The notes: generated by a model not told the origin, from the letters alone. Positions 9,823 to 20,983 are shown, counted from the stretch's first letter. The stretch is DNA of 31,941 nt from a virus (IMGVR_UViG_3300042363_000151:1-31941), one strand, 5' to 3'. Translations and numbers: made by a program.

Positions 9823-10162
9823 TCGAACACTAGACGACATGGGTAAGGAGATCCATGACCTTGCTGTAGAAAAAGGTTTCTGGGACGTTATCAAAGACGC
9901 TCCACAGGAACAGATTGATATCTTTATCACTAAGCAATTAATGATGATTGTATCAGAAGCTGTTGAGGTCATGGAGGCTATTCGTAAGTCTCATGGACCA
10001 GAAGCAGTGGCAGATGAAATGGCTGACATCATCATCCGCACACTTGACCTATACGCAGGTCTGCGTGAATACGAGTATGTAAACATGGACCTACAGGTTG
10101 CACTAAATAATAAGACTAGCATTAACAAGTCACGACCAGAAAAGCATGGGGTACGTTTCTAA
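9815..10162 (+). CDS. MazG-like all-alpha NTP pyrophosphohydrolase
   Basis: SEAVEVMEAIRK...DEMADIIIR (EXXE...EXXD) and a C-terminal NKSRPEKHG. Confidence 0.85.
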   Translation: MYSRTLDDMGKEIHDLAVEKGFWDVIKDAPQEQIDIFITKQLMMIVSEAVEVMEAIRKSHGPEAVADEMADIIIRTLDLYAGLREYEYVNMDLQVALNNKTSINKSRPEKHGVRF

Positions 10163-11169
10163 TGAATGTTGAAGATGTCTTGGCACTGCTCGATCCGAAA
10201 CTACGCAAGCAATTGTTTGTTGGAGACGAGATGCCAGAAACAATCCTGCAACCAACAGCAAGCTTTGGTCTAAACCGTGCCCTTGGCGGAGGTCTTCCAT
10301 ATGGTCGCCAGGTTCTTATTTGGGGCAGCAAGTCATCTGCCAAGTCATCAATGTGTCTTCAGATGATTGGTCTTGCACAGAAGGAAGGTAAGGTCTGTGC
10401 TTGGATTGATGCTGAGATGTCTTACGATAAGAAGTGGGCAGAGCGTCTGGGGGTAGACACAACAAACCTCATTGTATCTCAATGTCGAACAATTAATGAA
10501 ATGGTTGACCTAGGCACAAAGCTTATGCAAGCTGGCGTTGACATGATCGTCGTTGATTCAATTACATCATTGCTTCCTGCCATCTACTTTGAGAAGGACT
10601 CTGCAGAACTAAAGCAGCTAGAGAACACCAAGCAGATCGGTGCTGAGTCTCGTGACTTTAGTAACGCCTGGAAGATGATTAACTACGCTAACAATAAGCC
10701 AAAGCCTACATTGTTTGTGCTTATTAGTCAGAGTCGTAATAACATTTCCGCCATGTACACTTCACAGCAGCCTACAGGAGGTCAGGCAACAAAGTTCTAT
10801 TCGTCTACAGTTATCAAGCTGTTCTCGTCTGAGTCTGACAACCAAGCAATTAAGGGCAAGATTCCTGTTGGAGACAAGCTTATTGAAGAGAAGATTGGTC
10901 GCAAGGTCAACTGGGAGGTTCAGTTCTCTAAGACCTCTCCAGGATTTCAGTCTGGTAGCTACGACTTCTACTTCAGAGGGCCTATGGTAGGCGTAGACAG
11001 CGTTGGCGACCTTGTAGATACCGCAGAAATGGCTGGAATTGTAAGTCGTACAGGGGCATGGTACATTGTCTCTGAGGACAAGAAAGTCCAGGGTAGAGAT
11101 GCATTCATTAAATATGTCCGTGAGAATGACGAATTCCGCAAGTCTATTGAGGATCAGCTAAATGGGTAA
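10162..11169 (+). CDS. recA: RecA/UvsX-like recombinase
   Basis: LGGGLPYGR, P-loop GSKSSAKS, WIDAE, IVVDSI, ISQ.R, TGGQATKFYSS, GAWY, VQGR. Confidence 0.95.
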   Translation: MNVEDVLALLDPKLRKQLFVGDEMPETILQPTASFGLNRALGGGLPYGRQVLIWGSKSSAKSSMCLQMIGLAQKEGKVCAWIDAEMSYDKKWAERLGVDTTNLIVSQCRTINEMVDLGTKLMQAGVDMIVVDSITSLLPAIYFEKDSAELKQLENTKQIGAESRDFSNAWKMINYANNKPKPTLFVLISQSRNNISAMYTSQQPTGGQATKFYSSTVIKLFSSESDNQAIKGKIPVGDKLIEEKIGRKVNWEVQFSKTSPGFQSGSYDFYFRGPMVGVDSVGDLVDTAEMAGIVSRTGAWYIVSEDKKVQGRDAFIKYVRENDEFRKSIEDQLNG

Positions 11170-11341
11170 GTATAATATCTATCCAGGATCCTTTCCCTGC
11201 CACACCTGTGGCAAAGAGGTTAATACTATTCGCAGCTATCCAGGTGAGAAAAGACTTTCATGGATGTGCCAGGAAAGACACCTAACAGAAATCAGCTTAG
11301 ACACTAAGAAGAGTAGGAAAGACTATGAGCGAGAAGAATGA
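11162..11341 (+). CDS. 59-aa putative Zn-binding protein (not in the ORF track)
   Basis: Read by hand: MGKYNIYPGSFPCHTCGKEVNTIRSYPGEKRLSWMCQERHLTEISLDTKKSRKDYEREE. CxxC...CxxxH motif; fills the recA-nuclease gap and overlaps both genes. Confidence 0.75.
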   Translation: MGKYNIYPGSFPCHTCGKEVNTIRSYPGEKRLSWMCQERHLTEISLDTKKSRKDYEREE

Positions 11342-11639
11342 GAGTAAGCGGATTGGTGCTACACAGCACAAGAATTCTGGTCGCAACACAAAGAAGGGTG
11401 ATGCAACCTGGAATAATTTTTGTGTAGACTTTAAAGAAGTTGGAAAGTCTTTTACAATCAATAAAGATGTATGGGCTAAGGCAACTACGGATGCAATCAG
11501 GAACAAACTTGATCCTGCTATTGTAGTTGTTATTGGAGACGGAGAACAGAAAACTCGTCTAGCAGTTATTGAAATGTCTATTCTTGAGCAGATGGTTGAA
11601 GAATTGGCATACCTAAATTACACAAACGAGCCGAAGTAG
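11325..11639 (+). CDS. PD-(D/E)xK nuclease, Holliday-junction-resolvase (Hjc)-like
   Basis: E...GA..HKNSGR..KGDA......VDFKE pattern. Confidence 0.7.
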   Translation: MSEKNESKRIGATQHKNSGRNTKKGDATWNNFCVDFKEVGKSFTINKDVWAKATTDAIRNKLDPAIVVVIGDGEQKTRLAVIEMSILEQMVEELAYLNYTNEPK

Positions 11640-11654
11640 GGTATACTAGATATA

Positions 11655-11966
11655 ATGGAAACAAGAACAACAAACACAACAATTGAGGCAATTAACTGGG
11701 TTGCAGAAGTTGCAGACTATATGGACGACAAAGACCTTACGGATGCTTTGACGTTTATTGCCAAGCTTATTATAAAACCAGATGTTCCTCTGCAGGTTGC
11801 TACAGTCGAGATTGTTCGACTACAAGCAATCGCTGCCAAGATGCAATTTCGTGCAACTTGGCTTACCAACGTAGACAAGGGAGACAGAGCGAAGAAGAAC
11901 ATCTATTATACTGCTGCTGAGGCAATTAACAACCTTGTATCAGCCCTGAAGTATATTACTCGCTAA
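11655..11966 (+). CDS. Hypothetical helical protein (likely leaderless)
   Basis: 103-aa ORF. TATACT at 11642-11647 lies 7 nt before the ATG. Confidence 0.75.
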   Translation: METRTTNTTIEAINWVAEVADYMDDKDLTDALTFIAKLIIKPDVPLQVATVEIVRLQAIAAKMQFRATWLTNVDKGDRAKKNIYYTAAEAINNLVSALKYITR

Positions 11967-11968
11967 AT

Positions 11969-12778
11969 ATGATTATGAAAAATTTACTAAATCAGGTAAT
12001 GGAAAAAGCAGCAGATGCTAAGGGTGCTGTCGTTGAAGGCATAGACCCAGAAGCTCTTATCGAAAAGATTAAATCTGGCTACATTGCTAATCGTGGTCCA
12101 CGCCATCAGCAAAAGAAAACGTTTGCACCATCAACAATTGCATACGGACACGGCGAGTGTGCTCGCTACTGGTTCCTAGCATTTAACGGCGGTACATTTG
12201 AAGATAATGCAGACGCATTCGCAGGTGCTAACATGACCAATGGTACACTATCGCATGGTCGGATCCAGAAGGCAATGGCTGATGCAGGTATTCTAATTGC
12301 TGATGAATTTAAGATTACATATTCTGACCCACCCATCTTTGGTTACGGCGACGTAATGCTAGATTGGGAAGGGGAAGAGCTTCTTGGTGAAATCAAAACG
12401 ATGATGAACGAGGGATTCGAATATCGTAAGATGCATAGGCGACCAAAGGCTGGACACCTAATCCAGTTGCTTATTTACATGAAGATTCTACAAAAGAAGA
12501 AAGCTGTTCTCATTTATGAAAACAAGAACAACCATGAATTGTTGGTTCTTCCTGTTGAGATTAATGATTACTACATAAAGTGGGTTAACCAGGCATTTGA
12601 ATGGATGCGTACAGTTCGTAAAGCATGGGAGAATAAAACTCTTCCAGAGAAGAACTATCGCTCTAATTCAAAGATTTGCAAAAACTGTCCTCTATCAAAG
12701 GTCTGTGCAGATGCTGGCAAGGGAGATATTAAAATAGATCGCCTGGAGCCTCTAGATGAAAACATGTCAATGGTGTGA
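11969..12778 (+). CDS. Cas4-like / RecB-family exonuclease with an Fe-S cluster motif
   Basis: N-terminal C (ECARY), GD...EIKT, QLLIY, and C-terminal CKNCPLSKVC give a 1+3 Cys arrangement. No CRISPR array in the window. Confidence 0.85.
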   Translation: MIMKNLLNQVMEKAADAKGAVVEGIDPEALIEKIKSGYIANRGPRHQQKKTFAPSTIAYGHGECARYWFLAFNGGTFEDNADAFAGANMTNGTLSHGRIQKAMADAGILIADEFKITYSDPPIFGYGDVMLDWEGEELLGEIKTMMNEGFEYRKMHRRPKAGHLIQLLIYMKILQKKKAVLIYENKNNHELLVLPVEINDYYIKWVNQAFEWMRTVRKAWENKTLPEKNYRSNSKICKNCPLSKVCADAGKGDIKIDRLEPLDENMSMV

Positions 12779-13049
12779 GCAAGCATTTGAGCCAAGAGTA
12801 TCGTATCAGATATACTGTTCAAATGAGTGCAGAGATGAAGCCACAAAAGAAAAGATTGCTCAGAAATACGCAATAGCAAGGCGTAATAGAATGATGGGCA
12901 AGGTGCGTCTCTGTAGGTCTTGTGGTAATCAAATGTCAGTTTACAATGATGATTACATTTGCAACCTATGCATTGTTGATCCCAAAGACGTTTTAGCAGA
13001 ACTGAAAAAAATTAAGGGTTTATCAAATGGTAAAGATAAGCTTGATTAA
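12756..13049 (+). CDS. Cys-rich putative double Zn-finger protein
   Basis: CQWC...CSNEC...CRSC...CNLC. Confidence 0.75.
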   Translation: MKTCQWCEQAFEPRVSYQIYCSNECRDEATKEKIAQKYAIARRNRMMGKVRLCRSCGNQMSVYNDDYICNLCIVDPKDVLAELKKIKGLSNGKDKLD

Positions 13050-13587
13050 TACCAAGCCTGAAAGGATTTGTGCAATTGATGCAAGCACAAACAGTTTGGC
13101 TTTTGCAGTTTTTCATAAAGACAATCTAGAATATTGTGGAAAGATTAATTTCGAAGGAAAAGATACATATGAAAAAGTTATTGATGCAGGAAGAAAATGC
13201 AAAGCGTTCTTCAATTATTTTAACGATTTTGATGCTATTGTTATTGAGCATACCGTATTTATTAATAGTCCCAAAACTGCGAGTGATCTCGCTCTTGTCC
13301 AGGGAGCCATCCTTGGATCAGCAGCAGCCAACAAAGTTAGAAAAATAGCCTCTGTATCTCCAATGACGTGGCAAAACTTTATTGGGAATAAAAGATTAAC
13401 TAGTGTTGAAAAGCTTGAAATTGTTGCAAGCAATCCAGGCAAGTCTGCATCTTGGCTAAAGACTCAAGAACGCGAGCTAAGGAAACAGCGTACAATTAGA
13501 TTTGTGAATACTATTTATGATAAGAACATTAGCGATAACGATGTTGCGGATGCAATTGGTATTGGACACTGGGCGGTAAGTAGTTGA
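13027..13587 (+). CDS. ruvC: RuvC-like Holliday junction resolvase
   Basis: RNase H-fold catalytic motifs AIDAS, IVIEH and DNDVADAIGIG. Confidence 0.85.
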   Translation: MVKISLINTKPERICAIDASTNSLAFAVFHKDNLEYCGKINFEGKDTYEKVIDAGRKCKAFFNYFNDFDAIVIEHTVFINSPKTASDLALVQGAILGSAAANKVRKIASVSPMTWQNFIGNKRLTSVEKLEIVASNPGKSASWLKTQERELRKQRTIRFVNTIYDKNISDNDVADAIGIGHWAVSS

Positions 13588-13613
13588 CAAGGAGTACTCA
13601 TGCCTGCTAAACT
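13584..13613 (+). promoter_or_regulatory. SigA-type promoter overlapping the RBS and start of the small HTH gene
   Basis: TTGACA (13584-13589), 18-nt spacer ending TGC, TAAACT (13608-13613). Confidence 0.55.
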
Positions 13614-13755
13614 GTATACTAGCGAAGCTTGGCTACGCAAGAGATTTCATCTGGATCGAAAGACACCAGAGGAGATTGCTAAAGAGTGTGGAACAAGCGT
13701 TGAAACAATTTATGTGTATCTAGCCAAATTTAAATTAAGGAAATCAAAACGATAA
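13600..13755 (+). CDS. 51-aa HTH DNA-binding protein (not in the ORF track)
   Basis: Read by hand: MPAKLYTSEAWLRKRFHLDRKTPEEIAKECGTSVETIYVYLAKFKLRKSKR. AGGAG RBS and TAATG coupling to the next gene. Confidence 0.8.
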   Translation: MPAKLYTSEAWLRKRFHLDRKTPEEIAKECGTSVETIYVYLAKFKLRKSKR

Positions 13756-14048
13756 TGGGAATATCAAACGAAGAACGCTTTGTAGATTACTACGATAGGG
13801 CAGAGGCTTTCAATCGGGAGATTGACATGGTTAATCATCCAGAACACTACACCTCTGATCCTTCTGGTGTAGAGTGTATCGACGTTACAAGACACCGCAA
13901 TTTTAATATTGGCAACGCCATTAAGTATCTCTGGCGAGCAGGGCTTAAAGAGGACCACGGCAAAAGTATCAAGAAGAAGCAGATTGAAGATTTGCAAAAA
14001 GCAGTTTTTTATATCAATGATGAAATCAAACGATTGGCAGGAAACTAA
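13755..14048 (+). CDS. DUF3310-family protein (T7 gp1.7/SaV-like)
   Basis: DMVNHPEHY..SGVECID....FNIGNAIKYLWRAGLK....EDLQKAVFYI. Confidence 0.88.
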   Translation: MGISNEERFVDYYDRAEAFNREIDMVNHPEHYTSDPSGVECIDVTRHRNFNIGNAIKYLWRAGLKEDHGKSIKKKQIEDLQKAVFYINDEIKRLAGN

Positions 14049-14359
14049 TGGGTCGTCCTCGTAAGGTTGTTCATGCAGCCCCCACAAAGCCACCAGTAGA
14101 GTTTAGCCGTGTCTATGAGGCCACCCTACCTAATGGACGTACAGTTGTTGCTGGAGAGATTATTAAGATTACTGGTGAGTATGGAACCACCTTTAGGTTT
14201 GACTCGGTAACTACCAATGTTAAAACTGGTGTTTCCTGGGTTGAATGTCGTGAACTATACAAGGGTCAGATAGGTGCGTTCCGTGCATTCTATATTGATC
14301 GTGTAAAGAAGATGCCTGTAAGGAGGAAGAAGCGTGTCAAACGAACAGAAGATAGTTGA
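14048..14359 (+). CDS. Hypothetical protein (basic termini, small beta-barrel-like core)
   Basis: 103-aa ORF translationally coupled on both sides. Confidence 0.7.
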   Translation: MGRPRKVVHAAPTKPPVEFSRVYEATLPNGRTVVAGEIIKITGEYGTTFRFDSVTTNVKTGVSWVECRELYKGQIGAFRAFYIDRVKKMPVRRKKRVKRTEDS

Positions 14360-14867
14360 ACACCTTGATGAAGTAAACAAGGTAGTCGAAAAATATTTAC
14401 AAGGTATTGATCCAACACAGATCTCTAAAGAGCTTAACATGGCTCGCACAAAAGTTGTATCACACATTAAAGAGTGGCAGATCATGGCTGCAGATAATGC
14501 TGCGATTCGTGCTCGTGCCAAAGAGGCCTTAGTTGCTGCAGATACTCACTATAACAAACTTATTAAGCAGGCCTACGAGGTTATTGATGATGCCACTACT
14601 ACCGCTAATCTAAGTGCAAAAACCACTGCAATTAAACTAGTCCTCGACATTGAGTCACGACGTATTGATATGCTTCAGAAGGCTGGTCTGCTTGAGAATA
14701 AAGAGCTTGCAGAGGAAATGATTGAGATTGAAAGACGACAAGAGATTCTTGTAAACATCCTTAAAGACATTGCGTCAGAGCATCCAGAGGTTCGTGACAA
14801 GATCATGCGTCGCCTATCCGATGCCTCAAAGAGCACAGAGGTGGTAACTATTGTCCGAGATGTTTGA
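14334..14867 (+). CDS. HTH + coiled-coil protein, probable terminase small subunit
   Basis: N-terminal HTH (DPTQISKELNMARTKV) with a helical body. Immediately upstream of and overlapping TerL. Confidence 0.6.
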   Translation: MSNEQKIVEHLDEVNKVVEKYLQGIDPTQISKELNMARTKVVSHIKEWQIMAADNAAIRARAKEALVAADTHYNKLIKQAYEVIDDATTTANLSAKTTAIKLVLDIESRRIDMLQKAGLLENKELAEEMIEIERRQEILVNILKDIASEHPEVRDKIMRRLSDASKSTEVVTIVRDV

Positions 14868-16641
14868 TGATTTTCTAGATATCCTACAGGATAATGTTTT
14901 TGCAGAAATGCCTGTAGACGCTAGAACATTCGTAGAAGGAGAGGCCTACCTAGGTCAGCCACCGCTATCGGATATTCAGTATGACATTGTGGAGGCAATG
15001 AGCCAAATCTATAAGCAGCCAGAGGTTGAGCAAATCATGGGAACCGATGCAGGCAAGAAGTATTACAAAAAGTATACCAAGAATGAAGTTATCCTTCAAC
15101 TTGGCAAGGGTAGTGGAAAAGACTTTGTATCTACAGTAGCATGTGCATATATCGTGTACAAACTTCTATGTCTAAAAGATCCTGCACGATACTTTGGTAA
15201 GCCATCTGGCGATGCTATCGATATCATTAACGTGGCTATTAACGCACAGCAGGCCAAGAACGTTTTCTTTAAGGGCTTCAAGACAAAGATTGAAAGGTCC
15301 CCCTGGTTTGCTGGAAAGTATTATGCAAAGGCTGACTCTGTTGAGTTTGACAATGCCGTTACCGTTTACTCTGGTCACTCTGAACGAGAATCTCATGAGG
15401 GTCTAAACCTTATCTTGGCAGTTCTTGACGAGATTTCTGGTTTTGCTAATGAAGTTAATACTGGTAATGAGCAGGGTAAGACTGCTGATAATATTTACAA
15501 GGCTTTCCGTGCTTCTGTAGACTCTCGATTCCCTGATCTTGGAAAGGTGGCACTCCTCTCATTCCCTCGTTACCCAGGAGACTTTATTTCTCAACGGTAT
15601 GAAGATGTAATACTTGAGAAGAATGTAATCGAAAAGACTCACAGATTTATTATGAATGATGAACTGCCAGAGGACATGGAGGGCAACCACCTAGACATTG
15701 CTTGGGAAGAAGATGAAATTGTTTCCTATAAATATCCAGGAATGTTTGCCATTAAGCGTCCAACGTGGGTGGTTAATCCAACTCGTAAGATCGACGACTT
15801 TAAGTTGGCGTTCTATACAGACCTAGGAGACGCTATGATGCGTTTTGCCTGTGTCCCTACCTATAGCTCAGACGCATTTTTTAAGCAGGCAGATAAGGTC
15901 AAGGCTTGCATGACACTCAGAAATCCAATTGATACCTACAAGAGATTTGACGAAACCTTTACTCCTGATCCAGATAAGGTCTATTATGTACATGCCGACC
16001 TTGCACAGCTGCACGATAAGTGTGCGGTAGCAATTGCACACGTTGATAAATGGGTAAACATTCAGGTAATCAAGGACTACCAGCAGGTAGCCCCAATTGT
16101 AGTTGTTGACGCAGTGGTATACTGGGAGCCTCGTGTAGAGGGGCCTGTGAACCTATCTGAGGTCAAGCAGTGGATTCAGAACCTTCGTCGTGAGGGATTC
16201 AATATCGGCATGGTCAGCTTTGACCGCTGGCAGTCTTTCGATATTCAGAATGAACTGAAGCAGGTTGGAATGAGAACTGAGACTGTCTCTGTTGCCAAGA
16301 AGCACTACGAGGATATGGCTATGCTTGTTTACGAAGAGCGTCTAGTTATGCCAATGATTGATTTGCTATTTGAAGAATTAACAGAGCTAAAGATCGTTAA
16401 GCAAAACCGTGTTGACCACCCTCGCAAAAAATCTAAGGACTTGGCGGATGCTGTGTGTGGTGCTATCTTTGGTGCTATCTCTCACACACCAAAAAACCTA
16501 AACCAGGAAGTAGAGATTCACACTTTCAAGGATAGACCAAAAACACCACAGCAAGAGCTGCTGTCTGCAAATGTTATCCAGCCACCCAAACAAATACCGC
16601 AGGACATAAAAGACTACCTTGGTCGTTTTGACCTTATATAG
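14851..16641 (+). CDS. terL: Terminase large subunit
   Basis: Walker A GKGSGKD, Walker B AVLDE, and nuclease motifs VHADLA..HD, FDRWQS and DHP...SKDLADAV. Confidence 0.92.
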   Translation: MSEMFDDFLDILQDNVFAEMPVDARTFVEGEAYLGQPPLSDIQYDIVEAMSQIYKQPEVEQIMGTDAGKKYYKKYTKNEVILQLGKGSGKDFVSTVACAYIVYKLLCLKDPARYFGKPSGDAIDIINVAINAQQAKNVFFKGFKTKIERSPWFAGKYYAKADSVEFDNAVTVYSGHSERESHEGLNLILAVLDEISGFANEVNTGNEQGKTADNIYKAFRASVDSRFPDLGKVALLSFPRYPGDFISQRYEDVILEKNVIEKTHRFIMNDELPEDMEGNHLDIAWEEDEIVSYKYPGMFAIKRPTWVVNPTRKIDDFKLAFYTDLGDAMMRFACVPTYSSDAFFKQADKVKACMTLRNPIDTYKRFDETFTPDPDKVYYVHADLAQLHDKCAVAIAHVDKWVNIQVIKDYQQVAPIVVVDAVVYWEPRVEGPVNLSEVKQWIQNLRREGFNIGMVSFDRWQSFDIQNELKQVGMRTETVSVAKKHYEDMAMLVYEERLVMPMIDLLFEELTELKIVKQNRVDHPRKKSKDLADAVCGAIFGAISHTPKNLNQEVEIHTFKDRPKTPQQELLSANVIQPPKQIPQDIKDYLGRFDLI

Positions 16642-16658
16642 AAATGATGATAGAATAG

Positions 16659-17034
16659 ATGCTAGACGTTGTTTATTTTTCAAATCGTTCTGGGAACACC
16701 AGGCGATTTGTAGAAAAGCTGGGTATCGAAAATGCTTTTAGTGTTAGCGAATTGCCAGTAGCCTACAAAGACTATGTGCTATTTGTTCCCACTTATGGTG
16801 CTGGGAATGATGGCTATCATGTACCACAACCAGTAAAGACATTCCTGAGTATTGCTACTAACAGGCAACACTTAATGGGTATAGTCGGGTTTGGTAATAT
16901 GAATTTTGGGGATACATTCTGTAAAGCTGCAGAAATAATCTCAAAGAAAACAGGTGTCCCTATCATCGGTAGGGTAGAACTTTTGGGTACTCCAGAAGAT
17001 GTTCAATTAATACAGGAAAGGTTGAAGGAACTAA

Positions 17035-17057
<23 letters not shown>
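16659..17057 (+). CDS. nrdI: Class Ib RNR flavodoxin NrdI
   Basis: [44 protein letters not shown]. Confidence 0.95.
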
Positions 17058-20109
<3,052 letters not shown>

Positions 20110-20110
<1 letters not shown>

Positions 20111-20280
20111 TGGCTAAAATTGAACTGCAAGACTGGATGCAGATTGGCATTGACCAAGGCTGGATTACGGAACCATTCTGCTACACACACGATGGTGACC
20201 CATACATGACTGACGAAGAGGCTCAGGAGTGGGAAGAGGGCGGAGATCCTTGTTGCCCTGTGTTCAAACTAAAGGTTTGA
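20110..20280 (+). CDS. 56-aa acidic Cys/His protein
   Basis: TAATG coupling to nrdF. GWITEPFCYTHDGDP...EEGGDPC is a recurrent small actinophage protein pattern. Confidence 0.75.
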
Positions 20281-20305
20281 CAAAGATGTTTTGTTGATAT
20301 ACAAT
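20277..20305 (+). promoter_or_regulatory. Near-consensus SigA promoter for the tRNA cluster
   Basis: TTGACA (20277-20282), 17-nt spacer, TACAAT (20300-20305), about 20 nt upstream of tRNA-Asn. Confidence 0.85.
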
Positions 20306-20324
20306 AGATATAACAACAAAATAT

Positions 20325-20396
20325 TGCTCCATAGCTCAACGGCAGAGCAGGAAGCTGTTAACTTCAAGGTTCCTGGTTCGAATCCAGGTGGGGCAG
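20325..20396 (+). tRNA. tRNA-Asn (GTT)
   Basis: Acceptor TGCTCCA/TGGGGCA, discriminator G, anticodon loop CT-GTT-AA, T-arm CCTGG-TTCGAAT-CCAGG. G27-A43 mismatch; no CCA. Confidence 0.95.
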
Positions 20397-20397
20397 C

Positions 20398-20443
20398 GAT
20401 CCCTCCCCTAGCATCACTCAACGATATTCACTGGGGAGGGATT
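20398..20443 (+). other. Strong intergenic stem-loop between tRNA-Asn and tRNA-Asp
   Basis: ATCCCTCCCC(T)AG pairs with CTGGGGAGGGAT (12 bp) around a 19-nt loop. A short TTTAT follows. Confidence 0.7.
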
Positions 20444-20461
20444 TATAACTAAATAGTGTTT

Positions 20462-20535
20462 GGCTCTGTAGCTCAGTTGGTTAGAGCACTACCCTGTCAC
20501 GGTAGGGGTCGCCAGTTCAAGTCTGGTCAGAGTCG
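20462..20535 (+). tRNA. tRNA-Asp (GTC)
   Basis: Acceptor GGCTCTG/CAGAGTC, discriminator G, anticodon arm CTACC-CT-GTC-AC-GGTAG, T-loop TTCAAGT; no CCA. Confidence 0.95.
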
Positions 20536-20536
20536 C

Positions 20537-20608
20537 AAAGTGGTGAACTAAGGTATGCTGCAGCTAAACCTTTGGTTAATAAACCCAGTGACGCTGGACA
20601 TCCACTTT
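20537..20608 (+). ncRNA. Candidate 72-nt three-way-junction RNA inside the tRNA operon
   Basis: P1 AAAGTGG/CCACTTT. P2 AACTAAGGT/ACCTTTGGTT with loop ATGCTGCAGCTAA. P3 CCAG-TGACG-CTGG. Fills almost the whole Asp-Thr spacer. Confidence 0.55.
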
Positions 20609-20610
20609 AT

Positions 20611-20682
20611 GCCCTCTTAGCTCAACGGTAGAGCACCTGTCTTGTAAACAGGAGGTTGAGATCTCGGAATTCTCAGGGGGCC
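20611..20682 (+). tRNA. tRNA-Thr (TGT) with an atypical T-arm
   Basis: Acceptor GCCCTCT/AGGGGGC, normal D-arm, anticodon arm CCTGT-CT-TGT-AA-ACAGG. T-arm GAGAT-CTCGGAA-TTCTC lacks GTTC. Confidence 0.8.
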
Positions 20683-20698
20683 GAATATAATTTAATAT

Positions 20699-20771
20699 GG
20701 GTCCTTAACTCAGTTGGTAGAGTGCTACCTTTGCAAGGTAGAAGTCAAGAGTTCGAGTCTCTTAGGATCCA
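20699..20771 (+). tRNA. tRNA-Ala (TGC)
   Basis: Acceptor GGGTCCT/AGGATCC with the G3:U70 identity pair and A73. Anticodon arm CTACC-TT-TGC-AA-GGTAG, T-loop TTCGAGT; no CCA. Confidence 0.96.
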
Positions 20772-20797
20772 CGGTATGATAAAGTATAAGGAGAATT

Positions 20798-20974
20798 ATG
20801 CCAATCTATGAATACTTATGTAAAGATTGTAATGAAATCTTTATTGAAAACAGAAGCGGTGATGAACGAGACAACGTGCCACCGTGTAAGACTTGCAATA
20901 ATCCCACAAACAGGCTATACTCTAGTATAGGCATTTCTTTTAAGGGAAATGGTTTTTATTCAACAGATAAATAA
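20798..20974 (+). CDS. FmdB-family zinc-ribbon regulatory protein (58 aa, not in the ORF track)
   Basis: Read by hand: MPIYEYLCKDC...PPCKTC...ISFKGNGFYSTDK, with an AAGGAG RBS. Confidence 0.9.
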   Translation: MPIYEYLCKDCNEIFIENRSGDERDNVPPCKTCNNPTNRLYSSIGISFKGNGFYSTDK

Positions 20975-20983
20975 GGAGTTGCA

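Noticed and set aside
11969-12778. Cas4-like gene as evidence of a CRISPR-Cas system
   Set aside because: No repeat-spacer array or other cas genes are visible. Solo Cas4-like nucleases are common in phage recombination modules.
20412-20430. TCA at the centre of a 7-nt loop as a suppressor/Sec anticodon mimic
   Set aside because: Only a 3-bp stem, no U at position 33 and no cloverleaf. TGA is used as a normal stop in the window, so there is no sign of recoding.
20537-20608. Known self-cleaving ribozyme (hammerhead, HDV/theta, twister, pistol) after a tRNA
   Set aside because: I could not find their core motifs or pseudoknot pairings by eye. An Infernal search is needed to exclude them fully.
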